From Guillardia theta CCMP2712 (taxonomy: Eukaryota; Protista; Cryptophyta): 64,000 bases of DNA. Of this stretch, positions 41,326 through 57,786 are shown piece by piece. The position numbers and the translations under genes were made by a program. The stretch spans positions 513,100 through 577,099 of the forward strand of contig NW_005434624.1 in assembly GCF_000315625.1 (NCBI RefSeq), given 5' to 3'. Below the pieces are notes generated by a model that was not told where the DNA came from, ran no database searches, and saw nothing but the letters and a program-made list of their open reading frames with translations. The number at the start of each line of letters is the position of its first letter. Positions within the stretch are counted from its first letter, which is position 1.

Positions 41326-41798
41326 CACAGTCAGCGGACTGGCTGATGCCGTAACGTACCCGGAGCCTGAGCCCCGGCTGTAAAGCTAGCTCTTCTCCCG
41401 CCAGGCCCGTCTCTCGTTACACATCATGGCATGCACCGCCGCATGTAGGAGTAGGGAACTGCACTGTACTGCTTGCTCGGAGCAGTGCGCTCCTGTACGG
41501 TACTGTTCTGTACTGACATGAATACACGGAGATGACATTACTGTTAAACATCATCACGGTTGGTCTTCGAGTTGTCTTGCAGGCTCCCCTCCTCTCTCCC
41601 ATCCCCTCTGTCTCTCTATCTCTCAAGTAAGCTCTGTGTCTTAAGTATGGAACTCAAGTATGATTGCCTGCTACTACTCGTTCACTGCTTTTCATCCCTT
41701 GTCCTATATCTACCTCAAACCCTCCCTTGCTTCCACCACTTCCTTTTATGCCATGTACAGGAAAGGGTCGCTGGCAAACTTGTTAATCATCGACGGAG

Positions 41799-41957
41799 AT
41801 CTCCTCCAGGTCCCACAGCAGTCAGCGCGAGTAAGGATGCGACAGTGAGGGTGTGGGACCTGGAGGAGATGAAGGAGAAGGCTTATCTCCAAGGTCACAG
41901 TAGCGCTGTTACAAGTGCGCCTTGGAGATCTGTCAAGGGGTCGATGGGCTCAGTGCT
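41799..41957 (+). pseudogene. Orphan WD40 unit plus WD40-ankyrin junction of the upstream gene, preceded by a 19-bp inverted piece
   Basis: AVSASKDATVRVWDLEEMKEKAYLQGHSSAVTSAPWRSVKGSMGS matches ~39782-39917; 41799-41817 is the reverse complement of 41852-41870. Confidence 0.85.
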
Positions 41958-42453
41958 ACTGGCCGACCAGTAACCATCTAAGTTAATCAGTCTAGCCGGC
42001 ACTGCGGCAAGCTCCACTGTACCGCAGCCACGGTGTCGCCGGTCGGACTCTGGGAGGCTGAGTCACAGCAGGTTCAGTTGGCCGTACAAGTTGTTCCATG
42101 TCAGGCCGGGCTGCTGGGGTTCGTGGATCATCCGATCCCCCGGCCGGTCAGCCGCTGATACCGTGGCTCGGACTGCCTGAAGATGCACTTTGAGTAAACT
42201 GACTGATGATGCCATTCGGCCCGAGCCTCTGACGGGGCGGCGGCAGCGGCACGACGGTGGCCGGCGGCATACCAGCATGATGCCGTGACGGCCTTCCGCG
42301 GGGTGCTGCTACACCAGTTTGAACAGCGGTGATCAGACTGCCTTGTCCTCTCCCAGTGACTCATGCCAGCAGCTCGATCCGAGTCACGCCGCCCACACTG
42401 GGCCGGCCATGCGCCTGGCGGTCATCGAGCTTCAGCCGTAGCCAGGGGCCGGT

Positions 42454-42995
42454 TGTAGGGATTGACGATCCTGATGATATACTTTGACTCCATGAACTTG
42501 AACCAACTTGCTAACCGGTGGCAAGCAAGCAACAGGAACCTCAACACAACCGCGCTCGCTGAACGTATAGAAAGTTAGGATAGATTTAGGATCCAACCGA
42601 CAGGATAAATAAGCTATTTAACTGAAGTTTCCGCAACCGCTTTTAAGTAACTCCTATCATTACACTCCCGAGCACATCATCACCTGAGAAACATCTCGAT
42701 GAACTTCGCTGCATTAGGAATTAGAATTAGTCACATTAAACTCACTCATCAATTGACGAAGAAACGGCTTTTTCAATTCACGGAAGGACAACCAAGAATC
42801 AGACGCAGGATTGTCATACCCTTTCCATCTGATCAAGTATTGCACACGACGACCTTTCCCACGTCGTGCTAAGATTTGATCCACTTCATAAAATTCACCA
42901 TCTGAATGCACAATAGGATCAGGTGGTGCAACTTTATTGTTGAAACACTCGTCACGAAGATGATACGGTCGAAGCTTCGAAACGTTGAACACCAA
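42454..42995 (-). mobile_element. Ty3/Gypsy chromovirus remnant: integrase C-terminus with chromodomain and a 3' LTR
   Basis: VFNVSKLRPY + EFYEVDQIL..QYLIRWKGYD..DSW chromodomain (42714-42995). Downstream short purine run GGGAG, then a ~211-bp TGTA...TACA-bounded segment (42454-42664). AT-rich relative to its flanks. Confidence 0.8.
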
Positions 42996-43144
42996 GAAAC
43001 GTAGCGTCATCTTTCCGAGCAGCCCCCTTCTGGGCCGGGCAGCCTCCTACTGGGCGGCCACCAGACAGCTGTCACGGTCAGCAGCCTCCTCCAGGCTGAT
43101 CTGGTCCTGGCAACTCGCATCCATCACTGAATGCAAGCCAAGAC

Positions 43145-43944
43145 TCACGGGGACTCAGGAAACTTGCTGCATGGGCCCAGTGACCGATCGACGGAAAGAT
43201 CATCATCCTCGCAAGTGATGAACCAATCCAGCCAACCCTGATCGATGCTCGGCTCAGTTGCCCCCTGCGCTCTTGCCCCTAGGCTGAGCATTTCGTTTCC
43301 TCCTGACGTGCCGGTGGGTGCATCGGCCAAGGGTAAATGTATGCCAACGGGCTGCACCTTGCTGACGTCATTGCTCGCTGGTGTGCGTGTGCTGTTCTGA
43401 TCACGCCTGTTGGATGAAGCAGTCTCAGATGGTTGGCCATCAAAGAAGGCTCCTTGCGGGCCCTCGCTTGGTATTAGCAGCCGATCCATATCAATTCCAA
43501 GGCCAATGCTCGAGTTGTGCCAATCGTCCTTATCCTGCGGATCAGACTCTGTAGGTTGGGCCAGCGTAACTGGCCCTCCCCCGTGCCCCCTGCTTGACGC
43601 TTCGTCGATGAAGCCGGCAGAAGCACTGCCCAGCTGCTGCGCATCAGGTTCAAGGTCGTCTGTCCCCGTGTCATTCTGAGACTTCCTTCCTCGAGAGTAA
43701 GGCCATCGGAAGATCCCAAGTTTTCGGCACGCGGATTTGAGGCTTGACAGTGAGATGCCCTAGCAAGAGGAGGTGAGAAGAGAAATCGTAGATCAGAGCT
43801 ATCAGAGAACATTACCAGTTGATCCGCGGCTTCTTGCTGGCTCAGGTGGATCAAGGACTGAATGAGTGCCGGATCCAACGACACTTCCTGCAGCGCCCCG
43901 CTGTCGCTCTTCTTTCTTGATTTTACCTTGACGGTGGAGAGCAT
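43145..43944 (-). CDS. RWP-RK domain transcription factor (copy 6), one intron at 43760-43815
   Basis: LIHLSQQEAADQL|GISLSSLKSACRKLGIFRWPYSR; C-terminal WLDWFITCEDDDL. Confidence 0.85.
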
Positions 43945-44599
43945 AGCCCGATATGTATGAGTGAAAGAGATCTGATGGAAGAGGTGGAAGTAGTGATATT
44001 GATGAGGTCGAGATGATATTGCAAGGGGGATCAGACAAACGAGTGCCAACCTCTCAGTTGCTTGGTTGATGTTGCATGCTGGTACAAGTAGGATGCAGTC
44101 AGTGGAGGCAAGAGACGGCTATGGATACGTGAGGACGCGGAGGAGGAGGACGTAGGAGGGGAGAACATTTTCGAGGGGTAAAAACGAGGGTAGCAGGGTA
44201 TTCTAAGGATCGAGGCCGGAAGACTCCACAAGGTACAATATTTCCTAACTGAGGCACTATACTTGGAAGCCAATGGTAGACAGCCAGTCCTCTTTACTTC
44301 TAGAGGGATTTCAAATTGGTTTGGTAACTTTGACGGTCGTTCGAATGAAAAGATCCAGTTTCGCTCTCTCATGTCCCAGTCAGTCGTACAAAAAGACACG
44401 ATTTCGATGAGATGCTGACATTAAAGCCCTTCCAAGGTGTTTTATCAACAGGCAAAGTGGATACAGATACCGTGCCTCGGATATTATTTGACCATATCCG
44501 GTGGGATTTTGACCTCAGCAAAAGAGCCAGCTTAGCGCCCGTTGCATTTAAAGACAGGACAGTCACAGACCATCACAAAGTTGGCCGTTGTTGATTTAG

Positions 44600-45100
44600 A
44601 ACGGACTCGTCACACTCACGTGGCACTGTGACTTGCTGACACTTTGTGACGCCGTGACACCACGACCGGGTGCACTCAGGCTGGCCCGTCACGGTCACGT
44701 GGAACTTTGGAGCTTCGGCCCTTGAAACGCTCGTTCGGACGGTCGTGATGGTACCAATCTTCCTTTACTCAAAGTTAAGTTAAGATCAGTACCCGGTCGG
44801 ACGGACCGTACCATCACGACCCGGTCCGACGGTCACTGAGTCATGGCAGTGTCAGGGTCCGGTCCCACGGAGTCCCCGGCCCTGGGGTCCCGGCCCCGAA
44901 CCTGGCTCTCAGTCGTATCGGACGGTACCGTACTGACCCCGGTTGGCCGCAACGCCGGGCCGCTGCTCCGAGTCACGACTGGCCGGGCAGTGAGTCAAAT
45001 CAACCGTTGGCAAGTCAGTCGTACGGTAAACTTGAAACTTCCGGTCAGTCAACCAGTTCGGCCGGGCCCCGCCGCCGTACGGTGCCCGGCCCGCCCCAAG
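44600..45100. other. GC-rich island with a dispersed motif copy at 44763-44792
   Basis: ctttactcaaagttaagttaagatcagtac; many cggtac/gtcac/gagtc words. Confidence 0.75.
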
Positions 45101-45136
45101 GAGGAAGGGCTTTAGTCAGGAGAGCAGGACGAGCAA

Positions 45137-48618
<3,482 letters not shown>

Positions 48619-48642
48619 CGAGGGGCAGCAATTTCTCTTGGA

Positions 48643-49725
48643 TTAGAAGAGTTTGTTGAAGATGTTGTTTGAGGGCTTCTTTGCCATCTGGACCTTCAAG
48701 TACCTGAGGAGGAGGAGGAGGAAGTCAGGGAGTAGACGATGTAGACGTCGCACGTGCGATGGAGGAAGAGGAAGAGCAAGAGGTCACTGAAGACAGAGAG
48801 GAGACGTTGGAAGGAGGAGCTCTTGACATGCGATGTCAGTCACTCACTGGAGGGCGTTGGTTCCCATGGTCTTCTGGAATGCAGGACGGGAGGCGCACCT
48901 GTCCATGTACTGCGCAGACAACTTTCAGCAAGCAGCAGAGATGGGAGGAGAGGAAAGAGGAAGGAGAACGAATACTCGAGAGACACACAGATGGGAGGAA
49001 AACGAGGAGAGCAGGGTCGAGAGACAAGGTCAAAGAGGAGGGAGGACGAGAAGGAGGAAAAGGGGGTTGGGGGAAGAGAACGAGAAGGGGGAAGAGAACG
49101 AGAAGGAGGAGAGGGAGGGAGGGGGGGGGAGGACAGAATGGGGGGAGGGGAGGACAAAATTGAACAAACGGATGGGGAGCAAGAGGGTGAAGGAGGCAAC
49201 GGCTGTACCTGAAGGACATTTGGGAAGCGGCTGGCATCGAAGTTGGGGTGGAACAGGGGGATGAAAAGGAGGTAGGAGGCGACTGCCCGCTAGTCAGCTG
49301 ATAACATCCTCCCAGCTGCTCCTCACCTGCCACGTCCGCCACGGAGAACTGGTTGCCAACGAGGAACTCCTGCCATGCACGGTGAGATGCTCCATCGTCG
49401 ACCAGCAGCCTGGAGCTCGCTGCTCCCTCAATTTTCTTGGTGATCCATTCTCGCCCTCCCGTCTCTTTCTTGTCCTTGACCTCGTTCTCGTCTCAAATCC
49501 TCTTTCTGTATTCTCTTTCTTTGCGGTTCCTCCTCGCCCTCCTCGCCCTCCTCCCGCCAACCTCGCGACGTTTCTCACCTTCCCGTTGAGGATTGCATCC
49601 AGCTGCATCAGCACCTTGGGAGCCCGAGCCTGTCCCGGTGATCAGCAGGAAAAAGGAAAAACCGCAAACAGCACATTTCTCCTCCTCCTATTCCTCCTCA
49701 TCGTCATTATCATCATCAAAATTAT

Positions 49726-49761
<36 letters not shown>

Positions 49762-49762
49762 C

Positions 49763-49797
<35 letters not shown>

Positions 49798-50814
49798 CAG
49801 CAGCAGCAGCATTTCTCCGCAAAACAGCGCACAACCTCAATATCCCGGGTGAACAAAACTCCATCCAGCTCCGCATTGGCCCACACGATCCACTTTGCGG
49901 CGTCTGCTCGCTTCTCGGGGGTATTGCTCTCCCCGTACTTGTCCGACAGGTACAGCAAGATGGCGCCGCTCTCAAACAGCTCAACCTTATCGTCACGCAA
50001 GCCAGGAATCTACATGAAGTGACATAAGATGAAAACAACATTTCCTTCCACACCCATTCCCCCTCCCCTTCCCTTCCTCCTCCTCCTCTTCCTCCTCCTC
50101 CTCCTCCTCCTCCTCCTCCTCCTCCTCCTCCTCATAGTTGACATCATTGCACATTTTGAATGGTTTCCTCTATCATCAACAGCATACTTGACTATCACAA
50201 TCACCTCCCCTATCACTTGCAATATCGCCAGCATCATCTAATCCATGACAATCTCTATCGTTGCCAACCTTGCCGAACGGGTTCGGGTTCGACGCGCGAT
50301 CCTCACTGATTATGGCAGGATTAGTCCAGCATACACAGCTACTTCCCCACAGGAGGTTGAAAAGGTCCAGAGCAAGCTACCTGTGTGTGTACTGCTTGTT
50401 GATTTCGACGAGGTACCACTCGATCAGTGGTGACCTGCTGTTTCTGTTTCCGTACAGGGTGACCTCTGAGGTCAACTGAAGAGCAGCAGGAGCATGTACA
50501 GCAGTCCTTGCATGCCTCGTGACGGGCAGGCTACGTTCGTGTGCACGCGGCTTCAGGCCGAGATGGTTGACCGGGACGTTGAACGCAGACACCTGAAGGG
50601 CATTCAGAAGTGAAAAGGATGGAAGAGAACGAAAGGAGGATCGCACACACCCACTCCTGTACCTCGCTCGCCTCCGCTTCTGTTACCGGCCACCCTTCCT
50701 CTCCTCCTCCTTCCTTCTCTCTGTATCTCTCCCCCTCCATCTAGACATCATCGTCCAAGTTTCCTCCATCACCGTCTGCATCGCCGCCATCGCTGCGATC
50801 GTCGCCTTGAGCAT
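48643..50814 (-). CDS. Glutathione S-transferase, probably plastid-targeted, multi-exon
   Basis: TLYGNRNSRS..EWYLVE, NPFGK|IPGLRD..LFESGAILLYLSDKY, FLVGNQFSVADVA, ASRPAF. Presequence with VSA-FNV. Confidence 0.88.
49726..49810. repeat. (GCAGGA)n/(GCA)n microsatellite, intronic
   Basis: Direct tandem repeats. Confidence 0.9.
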
Positions 50815-51427
50815 GGTATTCCCTTGTATGTCGTCGGAAGGACCACATCCCCTTCCTGACCAGTTTCGGGGACTGGACTCCCACTACTTTCTCTAGAATA
50901 CCCTCGTAAAGATGTACCCCACCTGGTCTATATGGATCTTTCGCAGACCAATGGACCGGTATCTGGACCTTGACTACCCCCCTACTGCACTTTTCCCAGC
51001 GCGATGTGGCGTGTCGAATTTCCGAACTCTATGCGTTTGAGGGAGGAGGAGAAGGGGAGGAGGAGGAGGAGGAGGAGGAGGAGGAGGAGAAGGAGGAGGA
51101 GGAGGAGGGGAGGAGAGAGGCAGGGAAGGGACAGAGGGAAGGATAGACATCTGAAGGGAGTACCGACTGAAGGAGGAGGGCAGAGCAAAACAAAAAGGAA
51201 GAGGACAGGACAGCAAGGGGAATTTGGAACGAAGGAAAAGAAAACGAGAAACTTAAGAGTAAGAGAAGGAGAAAGAGAAGGAGGAGAACTAAGAGGCGAT
51301 GCAAGATAAGGACGAGAGGTGCAAGAGAGAAACAGGGGACAAGAAAAATACCTTGCAGAGGAAAGGCATGACTTCGGATAAGGACTGTCGTCCAAATGCT
51401 TTCGTGATCTGAACGTTGCGATCTCAG

Positions 51428-53855
51428 ATGGTGGATGCCGTGCCGAAGAGCAAACTTCTGCTCTCCATAGAGTGCAAGTGAGGAGATAAGCTCACACCTG
51501 CTGTTGTCACTCACAATTGCCGTGTTGTGTTCCAGAGGGCTGCAGAACAAAGATGTCTTATCCAAGTCTGACCCAATGTGTGTGGTGAGCTGGCAACCAT
51601 GAGTCTAACGCCCCCCCTCCTAGCCCTTGACATGTGGTCACAGGTTCATAGCAAAGACCCGCAAGGTCGCTGGGTCGAGGTGAAGAGAGCGTGATGGTGA
51701 TGGGAGGGGATAAGAGCGTTGTGGTTCAGGTCGCGAGGACTGAAGTCATACAGAACAACCTCAACCCCAAGTAGGGGAGGAGCAGGGGAGAGGAGCCGTC
51801 GGTTGACTCTGTCGGCAGGTTCTCGACCAAGATCGAGATCGACTTTCTGTTCGAGACCGTGCAGAATGTCAAGTTCACAGTGTACGATATCGACTCGCCC
51901 AAGAAGAGCCTGGACCAGCAAGACTTCCTGGGATTCCACGAGACGACGCTAGGGAAGATCGTAGGGTCGAAGGGATCGTGCCTGATCGAGGCACTTGCAA
52001 GCTCTAAGGGAGCCAACGACAAGAGGTATGGCACCATCAAGATCCTTGCGGAGGAGGTACAGGGAGCGAACGACTCTCTCCGCTTCATCCTGAGTGGGAC
52101 CAAACTAGCGACAAAGGACTGGCTGGGAAAGGGGGACAAGTACGTGAGGATCAAGAGGAAGCGGAAGGATGGGGCGCTGGATGTGGTGTATGAGACTGAG
52201 GTCATCAAGAACTCTAAGGACCCTGTCTGGCACGGGATCGAAATCCCCATTCAGAAGCTCAACCTGGGACAGATGGACATGCCGATGGTCTTCGAGCTGT
52301 GGGACTGGAACGCCATGTCGAGCCACGACTTCATGGGCCAGGTGACCTGCACCGTGCAGGACCTGCTGAAAGGGACCGGTCCAGCATCTTTCCCTGTCAA
52401 GAAGAACAAGGGAAACGCCCAGGACACCAAAGATCGAGGACTCCTCAACATTACCCACGTCCAGGTCCGAGAGCATGCTCTGACCTGCTGACTTCCTGAC
52501 CTGTCTGCCCAGCTGGTACACCGGCCGACGTTCTTCGAGTACGTGGCTGGGGGATGCCGCATCGACATCCTGATGGCCGTTGACTTCACTGCGTCCAACC
52601 AGGACCCGCTCAAGCCAGACTCTCTCCACTACATGAACCCGTCGGGCTTCAACCAGTACCAGCTCGCCATCGCGTCTGTTGGGGAGATCCTCGAGAAGTA
52701 CAGCTCCAGCAAGCAGTTCGGGTGCTTCGGGTTCGGCGCGAAGCTGCCGGATGGTCGGGTGTCCCACTGTTTCGCCCTCAACGGCAAGGCGGATCGCCCG
52801 GAGGTCCAGGGGGTCCAGGGGATCCTCGATGCGTATGCCAAGTGTCTCAGCAGCGTCGTGCTGTACGGGCCGACCAACTTCGCTGACATCATCACCATGG
52901 CTAACGACAAGTGCAAGAGGATCAAGCCGGGCAGCCAGGAGTACGTCGTCTTGCTGATCATCACCGACGGAGAGATCACCGACATGGACAACACGATCGA
53001 GAAGATTATCGACTCCTGCTCCAGCCCTCTCTCCATCGTCATTGTCGGGGTCGGTGACGCAGACTTCGGCAAGATGGAGGAGCTCGATGGGGACGATCGG
53101 GTGCTGCGGTCCTCTGTATCTGGCAGGCAGGTCACCCGGGACATAGTGCAGTTCGTCGCCTTCAGGGAGTGCAACAAGAACGGAGCTGAGCTCACCAGCC
53201 GCGTCCTCGCTGAAATCCCCTCCCAGCTCACCTCCTACATGATCGCCAACAACATCCAGCCCCGTCCTCGTCCCTCTGTGGACTCAGACTGGAACCAGGT
53301 CCGTTTTCCTGTTGCTCCTTGCTCTACCTTTATTGTCCTTACTCTCTCCTCTCCTCCACTGACCTCTCCTCCTCTGACCTCTCCTCTCTCCTCTCCTCCA
53401 CTGACTTCTCCTCTCTCCTCTCCTCCACTGACCTCTCCTCTCTCCTCTCCTCCACTGACCTCTCCTCTCTCCACTCCTCCACTGACCTCTCCTCTCTCCT
53501 CTCCTCCTCTGACCTCTCCTCTCTCCTCTCTCCTCTCCTCCTCTGACCTCTCCTCCTCTGACCTCTCCTCTCTCCTCTTCTCCTCTGACCTCTCCTCCTC
53601 TGACCTCTCCTCGTCTGACCTCTTCTCTTCTCGCCTCCACTTCGTGACTTCTCTGCGCAGGTGCAGGCAGGCATGCAGAATCTCAACATAGGAGGAGGCG
53701 GTGGCTCAGCCCCTCCCCCTCCCCCCCCCGCATACTCTGCGCTGCCACCAGGATGGGAGGAGCGAGTCGACCAGAGCAGTGGCAGAGCTTACTATGTCAA
53801 CCATCAGACACAGGTAGGAGGAGCAGATGATATGACCCAAGAGGGGGGGTTGATC

Positions 53856-53897
<42 letters not shown>

Positions 53898-54057
53898 TTA
53901 GTGGTGGTGATGATGACGATGACGACGAAGATGATGACGGCGGTAGTGGTGGTGGTAGTGGTGGTGACGATGATGACTATTATGATGATGATGGAGGCGG
54001 AGAAGGGTAATCTTAACTTGATGTCTACAGACGACACAATGGGAACGACCAGTTTGA
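51428..54057 (+). CDS. Copine (C2A-C2B-vWA) with a C-terminal proline-rich linker and WW domain
   Basis: NKDVLSKSDPMC, VKFTVYDID, AVDFTASN.DP..PDSLHY, FGFGAKLP, LYGPTNF, YVVLLIITDGEITD, PLSIVIVGVG, RDIVQFV, VLAEIP; LPPGWEERVD..GRAYYVNHQTQ|TTQWERP. Confidence 0.92.
53344..53625. repeat. Pyrimidine-rich minisatellite (15-27 bp units containing CTGAC) in a copine intron
   Basis: ctctcctctcctccactgacctctc.. repeated. Confidence 0.85.
53855..53995. repeat. (GAT)n/(GGT)n microsatellite in the last copine intron
   Basis: Direct tandem repeats. Confidence 0.85.
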
Positions 54058-54435
54058 TTGTAGTTTACAACTTGACAACATCACCGGGTTGGCTTCCTCT
54101 TACATCAAATCTTAATTTAGGCACTAGAGCCTCTTAATTAGAAATACAATTACTTCAATTCAAGCCCTCAACATTGTCCAGTCGTGGTGAGAAGAAATAT
54201 GGAGCTGACCAAAACTCATCCTCCTCAATTTCATCCTCCTTGTCCTCCTCGTTCTCCTCCTCGTCCTCCTCCTCGTCCTCCTCCTCGTCCTCCTCCTCCC
54301 TCCTTGCTCTTCCCCTCCTCCTCCTCCTTGTGTTCTCCCTTCCCTTTCCGAGTTCCTCGCGTACCCCCGGCCCTACCTCCTCCTTGTTTCCCTTATTTCC
54401 CTCACACCACTCGGACTGCGGCTGCAAGGAAAATA

Positions 54436-56923
54436 TGGAGGAGAGGGAGGAGAGGCGAGGAGAGCTCAGAGCAGCGATGTCAAACAGAAGAAGAGAAAGT
54501 ATGAGGAGAGAAGAGAGGTAGGAACGAGAAGAACAAGGACAAGAAGAAAAAACAAGGATAATATGGGCTTGAAGAATGAAAGAGAGAGGAAGGGATTGTT
54601 TTCCTCTCTAGACAGCAACTGTCTCTGACTTCTCTCAGTCAGTTTTTTTCGCTCATCAGCCACCAGCTGATCGTTTGGCTCAGGAATCCTTAGCAACTTC
54701 TCAGCTCTCACTCAGACATGCTGAGCCTCGCAACCTTTCACGCCTGACGAGGCGTGCGGGCACCAGCATGTCATAAAAGCAGGAGGCAAGAGAGGAGGGG
54801 AACCGTTGAAGATGGAGCGAGGAGAGTATCGAGCAATCTTTGGGATAGGGAAGCAGACGAGGAGCAGGCTCAAGACAAGCCCCAACAGAGCTGAGCCCTC
54901 GGACTCTGCTCCCCCCGTTCCCAAACGAAGTCACCAGCACAAGACACTCGACTCTACCTCCGTCGCCTCTCACTCCGCCTCCCGCAAGTGCAGGTGGGAC
55001 AAGTCGTTAGTTGAATCCCGTCCATGATGTCATGCTCCTCCTGTCAAGGTTGATCTCTGCAAGACTAGAACGTATTCTCCTGCAGGCATGGGCAGGTACC
55101 TCCCTCCTCGTCCCCTTTCTCTACCTCTACCTCTTTCTCTACCTCTACCTCTTCTCGTTCTCCCTTCCTCTGCCTCTCCCTCTGAGCTGTGTAAAACCTC
55201 TCACTATCACTCAAGATGTTCAAGCTAACGGACCTCTGATGACGATCCTCAAGGGTCTACCTACTGCTTGCCTGTGACCAACATGACATGCAAGGAGCAG
55301 GGACCCTGCTGGAGTCCTGGAGCATCGTCAATGACGAGCTGCTACAAGAAGCTCTCGATGATGCTGAGATCTCACAACAACAGCAGCAGATCAAACTGCA
55401 GAACCTTGACTTGATGCTTGCGCATGTACTCCAGTCTCTTGCCTTCCTCTCCCCCCGTCTTGTTTCAGGCAGCTCAGACATATTTCAGATGGAGGCTACT
55501 GTTCCCTGCGTTGAGAAGTCACTGGAGGCGGTTGATGCGAACCTGACGAGCCGAGCAGCAAAGAGGTCAGAATGAAGTCGCTTCTCTACTGAGTATCTAA
55601 CCAGCAGCAGGACGAGGGATGTTGGAGTCGATGCGGGGTGAGGGAAGCAGAGATGGTTGTAGAGGCATGACTGTGTTGTATGTAGACAAGAGAGCTCTCT
55701 TGAAGACTCGCGAACAAACGCGAAGATCATCGAGAAGATGGAGGAGGTGGAGGATGTTGATGGCTACGGAACAACCCTCATAATGTCTTGGCAGCTGATG
55801 GAGAGAAACCTGATGATGGAAGAGATGGACGACGACAGCGAAGAGTTCGTTCCTCCAGCTCATCTCAGTGACAAGATCGAGAAGATCATGCGAGCGATCG
55901 GGAAGAAGCAGGTGCTGCGACATGGCGTGTATGTTGATGTAGCTGACATTCTCTGCAAGGCAACTGAAGTCAACGCTCAGGAAGAGGACAGCGAAAGCGA
56001 TACGCAGAAAGAGGAGAAGGCAACCCTGGATCGAATGAAGTCAATCTTGGAGCAGAAGGTGGAAGCTCTGACGTTAGAGAATGTCACCCTGTGAGTTGTC
56101 ACGTCCAAACGTCTCCCCTGCGATCTAAGAGTGATGTGCAGGAAGACGAGCATGGCGAGAGGTTCGAGAGCAACACGTGATGTGAACCATCTCATTGTGA
56201 TTCATTGGCAGCATCCGAGCAGAACGAGGATACGGTCAGGAGGTTGCAGAACAAGATCGACCAGCTTATGGCGTAGAGCATGTCTTGCCCTGCCACCCTG
56301 TCACGTTGACTTGATTGCAGCGAAAGGTATGCGGATGACAAGATACAACACGCCAGGCTGGAGACCATCAAGGTGGGCAAGAGGCCTCCTGTCTGTGTGC
56401 TCGCTAAACCTCTACCATGGCACAGGAGCTGCAGAGTATGCTCAAGTTCAACACAGCCTTCGAGACCAAGAAAAGCTCCCTTTTCTCCCAAGTCGAGGAT
56501 ATGATGAGCGCTAGAGCCAGTGAACAATCCTAATCCTCCCCTTTCTTCCTCCTCTACCCTCTCCCCTCTCTTGTCCTATCCTCTCTGTTCCTCCCTTGCT
56601 CACTCTTCCTCTCTCCCCGCGCTCTCTCTCCTCCCCTCCCCTCCCCCTCGCTCTGGATGAGGGGAGAGGATTTTAAAACACCACCCCCCACCCCCCCTCC
56701 CTCTCTCTCGTCTTCCCCTCTGATATCTTTCCTTCTTCCAGCCTCGGACTCGCAGCCGGACTTGCAGCTGCGCATCGACCAGCTTGAGTCTCTCAGGCAG
56801 GCGGACATGGAGTACATCGCAGAGCTCGAGGACAAGGTCATCTTCCAGAAGAAGAAGATTTTACAGCTCGAGTCGCTCCTCCTGCAGCCAAGGGCACCGG
56901 ATGAAAGTCAGAGCATGCGATGA
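54436..56923 (+). CDS. Hypothetical coiled-coil protein, multi-exon; start uncertain
   Basis: Exons such as LDRMKSILEQKVEALTLEN and LQLRIDQLESLRQADMEYIAELEDKV. Confidence 0.55.
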
Positions 56924-56970
56924 GACAGGCATGCTTTTTCCTTCCATCACGACTGATGTTAATCAATAAT

Positions 56971-57786
56971 TCAACCTCCTTCCTCCGCCGCCTCCTCGCA
57001 GATCGCCTCCTCCTGCCTCTGCTCCGCTCCCTCTGTCTCCTCCAACCACTCCTTCCAGTCTCTCTCCACCGACTCGCGCAAGGCGGCGCTGCCTATTCCG
57101 CGATGCTCCACCTTCACCTGCCACAAGAGGGCCTGAAGGACGAGCGCCGTTGCCACTGCGACATTCAGCGACTGAACGAAGCCGAAGGTCGGGATGAAGA
57201 CTCGCTTTGAGGAGGCGTCAAGGATTGCCTGCGAGACTCCAGCCGTCTCCTCTCCCATCACGAGGGCGATGCCTTCCTGCGGCAGCTCCACTTGCTCCCC
57301 CGACCTCAACGACACGGCGCCTGCCCCCAAGTCTGTGGACCAGATCTGTCTCCCTTCCTCCCTAGGGCAAGGTCGAAGTGAGAAGCACGATGAGAAGAGG
57401 AGGTTTGTCAACTCTCATCTCAACCTGATGGCTTTCAAGAGCTCGTGCTCGTCCTGGAAGAAGCGCTGGCTGAGGTAGCGATCAGCTCCTCTGCTGATGG
57501 AGCGCATCTTGCTCCGAATCTTCTTGGTGGAGGACGAGAAGGCTCCCGTGTAGTGGGGGGGGAGGATACTCCAGATCACCTGCACGCCAAGAGCATCGCA
57601 GGTGCGGAAGATGGAGGAGATGTTCCCGACGTCTCTGATCCGATCAAGCACTAGTATGATCTTGTCGGTTCTCCATGATAAAACATCCCTCGGGTCCCTC
57701 CTCTTGTAGTCGCTGCAATTAGCTGACGAGGTCGGTCGGTTGGTGCTCTGGGCCATCAACGGATCAAACTGTGCAGGGAACATCAT
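56971..57786 (-). CDS. SpoU/TrmH family RNA 2'-O-methyltransferase
   Basis: LVLDRIRDVGNISSIFRTCDALGV, LVMGEETAGVS, IPTFGFVQSLNVAVA (SPOUT motifs 1-3). Confidence 0.9.

Noticed and set aside
42714-43010. Stand-alone host chromodomain (HP1-like) gene
   Set aside because: The preceding VFNVSKLRPY motif and downstream LTR-like segment point to a Gypsy integrase tail.
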